Shown: positions 57,729-64,000 of the stretch, piece after piece
Layout of the letters: every line of letters starts with the position of its first letter
How positions within the stretch are numbered: position 1 is the first letter of the stretch
Assembly: GCA_003209655.1 (NCBI GenBank)
Contig: QCPW01000007.1
Coordinates: 3,149-67,148 of the forward strand
DNA: 64,000 nt
Source of the DNA: Prochlorococcus sp. AG-442-M23
Lineage (GTDB): Bacteria; Cyanobacteriota; Cyanobacteriia; PCC-6307; Cyanobiaceae
Direction of reading: 5' to 3'
Translations under genes and position numbers: made by a program
Notes under the pieces: model-generated
The model's input: only the letters and a program-made list of their open reading frames with translations
Told to the model about the DNA's origin: nothing
Databases searched by the model: none

Positions 57729-60700
57729 TCGATCAAGTGAGAGAACTTTTGCACCAGGTGAATTAGCTTTGTTTTGTCAAAGTCCTCTAGCTGCTTGGTG
57801 GAATGAATTAGATCGTCGCAAACTATTTAAAGGACAAAAACTTAAAGAAGATCCACTAAATGAAATACTCAAAAAAGATGGAATTAGACATGAAGAAAAG
57901 CTAATCAAAGAATTAGAAAATCAAAATTTTAAAGTTCAAAGGCTTAAAGGCAAACAAGATAAATCAGACTATGAAGAATGTATCAAAGCTATTAATCATG
58001 GATATGATTTTATTTATCAAGGTAGTTTTAATAATGGGGAAATTAGGGGGGCAGTTGATTTACTTAAAAGAGTAGATATTCCATCAAGACTAGGTCCTTT
58101 TAGTTACATCCCAATTGAATGCAAATTAGCATCAAAAATAAATATCAAATTTATAATTCAAGCTCTTTGTTATTGTGAATTACTTATTGAATCTATGGGT
58201 AATCGTCCTAAAACATTCGAACTTTATCTTGGTGGTCGATCTTTTGAGTATTTTGATGTTGATAAATATTGGGCATGGTATCAGTTTAAGAAAAATCAAT
58301 ACAAATCTTTTCTAAGACATTTCAACCCAAATAAAGAACCAGAAGATATTCCAGGTGATCATTCAAATTGGACAGAATTCATAACTGAAAGGCTTAAGAC
58401 AAAAAGAGATTTAATATTGGTGCACAACATGTTAAAGACCCAACGTAACAAACTTAGAGCCAAAGGAATATTATCGATTGATCAACTTGCAGTCATTAAA
58501 CCTAATTCAAAAATACCTGGAATGAATCCAGAGATTCTAGAGAGATTAATAAAGCAAGCAGCGATACAAATTAAGCCAAGAAAGAATAAAAATGTTCCAG
58601 AATTTATTTTGAAAGATCAGGATAATTCCTTTGGTCTATTTAACCTACCAAAACCCAGTCAAGGGGATATATGGTTTGATTTAGAGGGATCTCGTGATTT
58701 CGTTAAAGGAACCAAACTCGAATACCTTTTTGGTGTTGTTTATTTAGATAAAAATAATCAACTAACTGACTATTACTGGTGGGCTCATACAGATGAGGAA
58801 GAGAAATTAAGCTTTGAAAAATTTGTAGATTGGGTTGAGAAAAGACGTAAAGAATTTCCTGATCTTCATATTTATCATTACGCAAATTATGAAAAAGTAG
58901 CTGTAAGAGATCTCCAACAAAAATATTTAACTTGCATAACTGAGATTACCGAGTGGCTTACAAATAATTTGTTAATAGATCTACAACCAATAGTTCAAAA
59001 CACAATCATCTTGGGCGAAGAAAGCTACTCACTAAAAAAGGTTGAAAAACTATATATGTTAAGGGAAGAAGATATGCAATCCGCAGTCGAATCAATGGTT
59101 GCATATGAACTTTGGAAAAATTCTGATGAACCAGGGATGCCAGGGAAGCTTGAAGATGGTTTAAGTCCAATGCTTGAAGAAATAAGGCTTTACAACAAAG
59201 ATGACTTAGTTTCAACTTATAAACTTAATCAATGGCTTTTAAAATTAAAATCAGATTTAAATATTCAAGAATCAGTTTCTGAGGAAGAAGAGCAAAAAGA
59301 AAAAAAGCATAGAGAAATTGATATTGAAGCCTCTCTTTTATTAGATGAAATTCCTAGCCAAGCATTTAATAGAAACAAAAATAAAAGCAAAGTTATTCCC
59401 CCCAATCCAAGAGGATGGAGTTGGGAAACACAAAAAGTTTTATCATCTTTAATGGGTTTTTTAGTTCGTGAGCAGGATGTTAATTATTGGAGATATTTTG
59501 ATAGGGTAGAGCAATCTTTTGTTAATCCATCCTCACTTTTAAAAGATGATGAAGTTATTGCTGAAGCACGTTTAGTTGAAAATTCGGAAGATATTGAATA
59601 TTCCTTTAATCCAGAACAGCCTATTAAGTTAGAAAAAGATGCAAATAATTCATGGGGCTTGAGATTATTTCTTCCGAAAAGTGAAAGGAAGTTAAAGGTA
59701 CAACCTTATGGACTTGATTGCGAGAAAGGCACTATAAAATTCAACGAAAGTAAAAGGAATATTGGTAAGAGTCTAGCAATTGAAGAATGTCTTATAAAAG
59801 TAGAATTTGACTTTACTAAAAGTGTAAAAACAAGTCTTTTAGCTCAAGCGAAAGAATGGGTAAGTGATGTTAGTACAATCTCACCAACAATTATTCAATT
59901 ATTAGAAAGAGATACGATACCTGAACTAGTTTCGGTTAACGAAAAAATTCAAAAAGATCTACCCAACATCAAGAAATATATTTCAAATTTTATTTTAAAT
60001 AATGATGAAATATTGTTTGCAATTCAGGGACCTCCTGGTACTGGTAAAACGACATTATCAAGCAAGGTAATTGCTGATTTAGTTCAAAAAGGCTTTAGGG
60101 TTGCAATTACATCTAATAGTCATAAAGTAATTGATAATTTACTTTTAAAAATAGATACTCATTTTAAAGATCACAATATCGAAAAATTAATAGTTAAATG
60201 TGATACGAGAGAAAATGAAATATTTCTGCACAGTAAGGTTTTAATACTTCCCCCTAAAAAAATTGGAAATCATATATCAGTCATGGGTGCTACAACCAAT
60301 AAATTCTGTAGTAAAGATTTTGATTCTAAATTTGATCTATTAGTGGTTGATGAAGCGGGTCAATACGCTTTAGCAAATTTACTAACAATCGCAAAACACT
60401 CTAAATCAATTCTTTTGGTAGGAGATACTCAGCAATTAGCAATGCCTACTAAGGCGAGTCATCCAAATAATTCTGGACAATCATGTTTACAATTTCTAAT
60501 GAACGGATTAGAAGTTGTTCCAAATAATAAAGGTATCTTTCTACCAATAAGCTGGCGAATGGCGCCTGCTATTAATAATGTCGTATCGGAACTTTTTTAC
60601 CAAGGGAAGCTTAAACCAAATACTAAAAATAGTGAAAATAAAATCATTTGGGAGCAATCTTCTATAGAAAAAGATAAATCAATCTATCCTGATCGAGGTG

Positions 60701-61158
60701 TCATATTTGTCCCTGTAAGACATCAAGATTGCTCTTTAAAATCAGAAGAAGAAGCAGAAAAAATTAAACAACTTATAAAACTACTTTTATCATCAAAATA
60801 TAAATTAACCTCCGATCAAGAAAAATTTATCTCTGAAAAAGATATCCTCATTATTGCTCCCTTTAATGTTCAAGTTAACTATTTAAAGCATAAGTTAAAC
60901 GAAAATTTAAAAATTGGAACAGTTGATAACTTTCAAGGTCAAGAAGCATTAATTTCTATATTCTCACTCACTTCTAGTTCAGGGGAAGATGCTCCTCGCG
61001 GACTTGATTTTCTATTAGAACCTAACCGTCTAAATGTTGCGATATCACGTGCAAAAGTGCTTTCTATAATCGTAGGTTCGCCATCACTGGCAGAAAGTTT
61101 TTGCAAAACTAACGAGGAAGTTAAAAAATTAAATAGATTAATAAGAATAATGAAATAG
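57721..61158 (+). CDS. Fusion of a RecB-family PD-(D/E)xK nuclease, a DEDD/RNase-H-like exonuclease and an SF1 (Upf1/DNA2-like) helicase
   Basis: N-terminal nuclease: GAVDLL...IPIECKLASK...QALCY. Middle exonuclease-like part: WFDLEGSRDF, IYHYANYEK, YNKDDLVST. C-terminal helicase: Walker A GPPGTGKTT, Walker B LLVVDEAGQ, LVGDTQQL, VDNFQGQEA, LNVAISRAK. Confidence 0.9.
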   Translation: MINRSSERTFAPGELALFCQSPLAAWWNELDRRKLFKGQKLKEDPLNEILKKDGIRHEEKLIKELENQNFKVQRLKGKQDKSDYEECIKAINHGYDFIYQGSFNNGEIRGAVDLLKRVDIPSRLGPFSYIPIECKLASKINIKFIIQALCYCELLIESMGNRPKTFELYLGGRSFEYFDVDKYWAWYQFKKNQYKSFLRHFNPNKEPEDIPGDHSNWTEFITERLKTKRDLILVHNMLKTQRNKLRAKGILSIDQLAVIKPNSKIPGMNPEILERLIKQAAIQIKPRKNKNVPEFILKDQDNSFGLFNLPKPSQGDIWFDLEGSRDFVKGTKLEYLFGVVYLDKNNQLTDYYWWAHTDEEEKLSFEKFVDWVEKRRKEFPDLHIYHYANYEKVAVRDLQQKYLTCITEITEWLTNNLLIDLQPIVQNTIILGEESYSLKKVEKLYMLREEDMQSAVESMVAYELWKNSDEPGMPGKLEDGLSPMLEEIRLYNKDDLVSTYKLNQWLLKLKSDLNIQESVSEEEEQKEKKHREIDIEASLLLDEIPSQAFNRNKNKSKVIPPNPRGWSWETQKVLSSLMGFLVREQDVNYWRYFDRVEQSFVNPSSLLKDDEVIAEARLVENSEDIEYSFNPEQPIKLEKDANNSWGLRLFLPKSERKLKVQPYGLDCEKGTIKFNESKRNIGKSLAIEECLIKVEFDFTKSVKTSLLAQAKEWVSDVSTISPTIIQLLERDTIPELVSVNEKIQKDLPNIKKYISNFILNNDEILFAIQGPPGTGKTTLSSKVIADLVQKGFRVAITSNSHKVIDNLLLKIDTHFKDHNIEKLIVKCDTRENEIFLHSKVLILPPKKIGNHISVMGATTNKFCSKDFDSKFDLLVVDEAGQYALANLLTIAKHSKSILLVGDTQQLAMPTKASHPNNSGQSCLQFLMNGLEVVPNNKGIFLPISWRMAPAINNVVSELFYQGKLKPNTKNSENKIIWEQSSIEKDKSIYPDRGVIFVPVRHQDCSLKSEEEAEKIKQLIKLLLSSKYKLTSDQEKFISEKDILIIAPFNVQVNYLKHKLNENLKIGTVDNFQGQEALISIFSLTSSSGEDAPRGLDFLLEPNRLNVAISRAKVLSIIVGSPSLAESFCKTNEEVKKLNRLIRIMK

Positions 61159-61171
61159 AGATATGAAAAAA

Positions 61172-61204
61172 ATGTTCACGATATGTTCATGATATGTTCA
61201 CGAT
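61172..61204. repeat. Tandem 11-nt repeat ATGTTCACGAT x3 (middle unit has a C-to-T change)
   Basis: Read directly. It occupies most of the 49-nt gap between the helicase stop and the next ORF. Confidence 0.9.
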
Positions 61205-61207
61205 TTA

Positions 61208-61411
61208 ATGGCTTCACCTTCGAGTTGGGAATTCTATAAAGAAGAACAAACTAAGATTTTATGGGTCCATATTTGTACCCAAGATTTAACGGTTGTAGCT
61301 ATTTCAATAAATAAATGGTGGAAGACAAGGTATCCAGAGTTCAAAATGAGAATAGTTTCTAAAAAAGAATTCGAACATATAAAAATGCAGGAGCCGCAAC
61401 AGCCACAATAA
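61208..61411 (+). CDS. Hypothetical protein (67 aa)
   Basis: Track ORF immediately after the 11-nt repeats. Trp-rich, with non-AT-biased composition. Confidence 0.4.
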   Translation: MASPSSWEFYKEEQTKILWVHICTQDLTVVAISINKWWKTRYPEFKMRIVSKKEFEHIKMQEPQQPQ

Positions 61412-61487
61412 AATTAATCTTTGGTAAATTTTGATGCTGAATATTTTATTTATGCAGCTAATATAAACCCATCACATATATGAACAA

Positions 61488-61643
61488 ATGAATTCTGCAT
61501 TTACAAAAGTCTCAAATTTGAAAGTTAACAGGGCTTCTAAAATAGCTATTACTCTGGCATCATCGACTTTCTTCTTATACGCATTAGGTCAAGCACCGAT
61601 TTTTAAAAATATTCTTGCAGGCGCTTTTTCTTGTTCTGGTTAA
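61488..61643 (+). CDS. Small membrane ORF candidate (51 aa)
   Basis: MNSAFTKVSNLKVNRASKIAITLASSTFFLYALGQAPIFKNILAGAFSCSG. Confidence 0.3.
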   Translation: MNSAFTKVSNLKVNRASKIAITLASSTFFLYALGQAPIFKNILAGAFSCSG

Positions 61644-62032
61644 ATAAAATGCTTCCTAGGAGATGATATGGTCCGCGGATTAAGATTTAATTAATCATGA
61701 TTAAATCAATCTTAAGGATTCATGCAAAATATTTGAGAGCGATTAATTTAATTATACGACAGTTCTGGTGATCGACTAGACCAAGGTTGACCAACTAGAT
61801 CTTCACTAATCCATGGTCTGCAACACCAAGGTAAATTAACTTTTCTAACCTTTACGGGAAAAAAAGTTAAATGATCAGATATTAAACTCTCGGGAGTAAT
61901 TCTGAACTATCTTAAAAATAAAGTCGTTTGTAAAGCATGAAGAAGTGATTAATCACTTTTACTTTCAAAACTAATTTTTATGAAAATTCTTAATCTGATT
62001 ATTAAATAGATCCCCTTTCTGTCGTCATCATT

Positions 62033-62060
62033 AAAAAAGACCTGTAACAGGGTCTTTTTT
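62033..62060. terminator. A-tract/hairpin/T-tract element, probably terminating the minus-strand 62430..62136 unit
   Basis: AAAAAAGACCTGTAACAGGGTCTTTTTT. Confidence 0.5.
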
Positions 62061-62135
62061 ATGTCTTAAATTTTATTGATTGACTGTTAATCCAGAAATA
62101 ACTAAATATTTTTATCTCGCTCTTTCGTGATCAGT

Positions 62136-62243
62136 TAATGCTTTTTCAAAAGTAGAAAAGAAAGTACAAATGCTATTCAATGCAACCAACAAAATAACTA
62201 CTGATCTTCCATGTTGATTTAATTGAAGTGTTCTTTGAGTCAT
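62136..62243 (-). CDS. Small ORF candidate (35 aa)
   Basis: Starts 5 nt after the stop of 62248..62430. MTQRTLQLNQHGRSVVILLVALNSICTFFLLLKKH. Confidence 0.25.
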
Positions 62244-62247
62244 ACTC

Positions 62248-62430
62248 TTAATAATCTTCGTTGTAATCGGATGGACTACCAGTTAAAGAACAAACAACTG
62301 ATTCCTCCTTTTTCATTTCTTTTATTTTCATTATTGGTCTGCCAATTTTCTTAAGAACATTTATATCTTCTTTAGTCTGACAGCGAGCAATTATGTTTCC
62401 ATTTTGATCGAAGCAAGAGTAGTAAGTCAT
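62248..62430 (-). CDS. Small hypothetical protein (60 aa)
   Basis: Track ORF with non-repetitive composition. Confidence 0.4.
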   Translation of the reverse strand: MTYYSCFDQNGNIIARCQTKEDINVLKKIGRPIMKIKEMKKEESVVCSLTGSPSDYNEDY

Positions 62431-62660
62431 TTTGCTTAATGAAATTTAAAAATTATGGTTGATTTCAGTTGTAGCAACACAACCGACTCATGACAACCAT
62501 GCTTTTAATCTAGGTCAGCCAAAAATTTAAATGGCTAAAAAAAGATACCTCTTTCCGTACCTATATGTTCATCAAACCGCACTCATAAGATACGCAGTGC
62601 TTTGTTCAAATCAATTAGAACAAAAAAAGAAAGTTAAAAATAATTTACTAAGGAGAATTT

Positions 62661-62798
62661 ATGAGTGGAGATTTTGAGACTCTTGAAATAAATCAACCAA
62701 AAATTACATATCTAAAACCAGAAAACAATACAGAATGGTTAGACAAATTAATTCATCATATTGAGGACATGAAGAACAAGATATCAAAAGATTATTAG
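62661..62798 (+). CDS. Small ORF (45 aa), NTEWLDK family
   Basis: AAGGAG Shine-Dalgarno. MSGDFETLEINQPKITYLKPENNTEWLDKLIHHIEDMKNKISKDY. Confidence 0.4.
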   Translation: MSGDFETLEINQPKITYLKPENNTEWLDKLIHHIEDMKNKISKDY

Positions 62799-62932
62799 AA
62801 ATTTAAGAAAGAAACTTTTTTATTAGTTCATTAATTTAAATGAGAAGCAATTCAAAAAAGATCTGAATTTTGTATTTAAGGTAACCGCTTTTTTGTGAGC
62901 ATTATTCAGAATAAGAGTCCGATTATTTTTTT

Positions 62933-63076
62933 ATGCAAAAAAATTTAGATGAAAATTCTTATGAAAAAAGAATTGAAAATATAGAAAAAGGAAAATCTTA
63001 TTTAAAAAGTAATGGGTTTTTTAAATCAAAATCGAATCTATTCGAAGACATACAAAAATTTATCCATAAAAGGTAA
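62933..63076 (+). CDS. Small ORF candidate (47 aa)
   Basis: MQKNLDENSYEKRIENIEKGKSYLKSNGFFKSKSNLFEDIQKFIHKR. Confidence 0.25.
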   Translation: MQKNLDENSYEKRIENIEKGKSYLKSNGFFKSKSNLFEDIQKFIHKR

Positions 63077-63193
63077 TTTATAAAATATTTTTTACTTTTG
63101 ATTAATTAAATCTCTCCATAAGCAAGCCATCACATAAAAGAAAGAAAGACTTGAAAAGGTTAGGAGAAAAAAAGAATGGGTCATTTTCAATAA

Positions 63194-63298
63194 CTAAATT
63201 AATCCCAATAATCCTGCAGTAAAACCAACAGTCGCAAAGAATATGAACTCGATCAAATCTCTTGGAGCAGAGTTCATAAATAAACTGATTTGAGTCAT
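63194..63298 (-). CDS. Small TM peptide (34 aa) downstream of 63303..63497
   Basis: Starts 5 nt after the upstream stop. MTQISLFMNSAPRDLIEFIFFATVGFTAGLLGLI. Confidence 0.3.
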   Translation of the reverse strand: MTQISLFMNSAPRDLIEFIFFATVGFTAGLLGLI

Positions 63299-63302
63299 AG
63301 TT

Positions 63303-63497
63303 TTATGACTTGAGAGAATCTTTTAAATCAAACTTTTCAGCTTTTTCAGTTTGACATTCAGTATCATCTTCAGCGCATTTAATTTCAGCTTTTTTGTTCA
63401 TGTGGCTACTACAACCACCGGCTATAACTGGTAAACAGGTTGTAGCCGTAAAACCAGTTAAACATGCAAAGGCGATATAGGGGAAAAGTCTTTTCAT
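63303..63497 (-). CDS. Small secreted or lipoprotein-like protein
   Basis: Signal-like N-terminus ending in VIAGGCSS, then a Cys- and acid-rich mature part. Confidence 0.45.
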   Translation of the reverse strand: MKRLFPYIAFACLTGFTATTCLPVIAGGCSSHMNKKAEIKCAEDDTECQTEKAEKFDLKDSLKS

Positions 63498-63564
63498 TTA
63501 ATTGTTACTTTATGTAAACTTATTATGTTACAAAAAAAGCTCAAGCGTGAGTAGCTGATAATTT

Positions 63565-63658
63565 GATCGGAATACAAGTTAACAAAACAAGATCTTGATG
63601 ATATTGAAACTGCTTATGAATTTCAAACTAGTGATTTAAATTAAATTTTAAACTCTTT
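63565..63658 (+). repeat. Right copy of the direct repeat: an orphan 3' gene fragment
   Basis: Encodes SEYKLTKQDLDDIETAYEFQTSDLN-stop, with an in-frame TGA immediately upstream and no start codon. Confidence 0.85.
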
Positions 63659-63795
63659 CATTAAATGATTGCGAATACTAGATTTATACACCTCGATTTT
63701 TTACCAATTTTCTTGCTTTTTCCTTATTTTTTCGTAAGTATGCTTATATAGGCTCTAATTTGCTCTAAAAAACTGTCACATGGGGGTTGACGATT

Positions 63796-63999
63796 ATGGA
63801 AATTCCAGACGAAATGTTGAAAGAAATTAGAGAAAGTGGATACGATCAAGAGCTTGTATATAACTACATAAGAGAACTATTAAACAGCGATAAACAAATT
63901 AATGAAAATAACAATCTAGAGCTTATAGACAATTACTTATTAGACAAAGCTATACAAGAACCTGCTGCTGAGATACAAATAGCAGCAGAGATTATAGAC
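63796..63999 (+). CDS. Hypothetical acidic protein; 3' end lies outside the window
   Basis: An ATG follows a GGGGG tract, and the frame stays open to the window edge (MEIPDEMLKEIRESGYDQELVYNYIRELL...). Confidence 0.35.
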   Translation, partial: MEIPDEMLKEIRESGYDQELVYNYIRELLNSDKQINENNNLELIDNYLLDKAIQEPAAEIQIAAEIID

Positions 64000-64000
64000 A

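Noticed and set aside
42598-61204. Possibility that the short tandem repeats (42598, 47322, 54309, 56564, 61172) form a CRISPR array
   Set aside because: The units are 7-11 nt, directly adjacent without spacers, and limited to 2-6 copies. No cas genes are visible.
25500-64000. Search for integrase, transposase, IS inverted repeats or a partial tRNA copy marking the island borders
   Set aside because: I recognised none in any frame. The only recombination-type signals are the 95-nt direct repeat and the inverted sRNA-like elements, which I report separately.

Overview
Very AT-rich cyanobacterial chromosome segment. By inference it comes from a high-light-adapted Prochlorococcus-like picocyanobacterium: kaiB-kaiC with no kaiA in view, many short hli genes and compact gene spacing. 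Bases 1 to about 25,500 are densely packed housekeeping genes: sensor kinase, kaiC, kaiB, rplU, rpmA, truB, SpoIID-like, rnz, petF, prmA, serA, tRNA-Val, murD, pirin, and a photolyase-like gene beside a ligase-like gene. From about 25.5 kb to the window end the architecture changes to that of a hypervariable genomic island. It has long AT-rich gaps and dozens of ORFs of 30-60 codons, most below the 60-aa cutoff of the supplied track; I found these by eye. Many of them form in-window paralogue families. The island also holds five intact hli genes plus one remnant, two fatty-acid desaturases, an SRAP (YedK-like) gene, a decayed HAD phosphatase gene, a MarR regulator, an LptF/G-like permease with a large polytopic membrane protein, and an AsnB-like amidotransferase with a methyltransferase. 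The most unusual locus is a 1145-aa fusion of a PD-(D/E)xK nuclease, a DEDD-like exonuclease and an SF1 helicase. A 113-aa gene overlaps its start by 8 nt, and the surrounding 7.7-kb segment is bracketed by a duplicated gene 3' end. Other noteworthy signals are two inverted hairpin/U-tract RNA elements with an identical loop and compensatory stem changes flanking the hli sub-cluster, two perfect or near-perfect 3 x 11-nt tandem repeats, and repeated micro-cassettes of Cys-motif peptides with a 33-aa membrane peptide. I saw no rRNA, CRISPR array, transposase or integrase. All homology statements rest on motif recognition by eye, not on searches.
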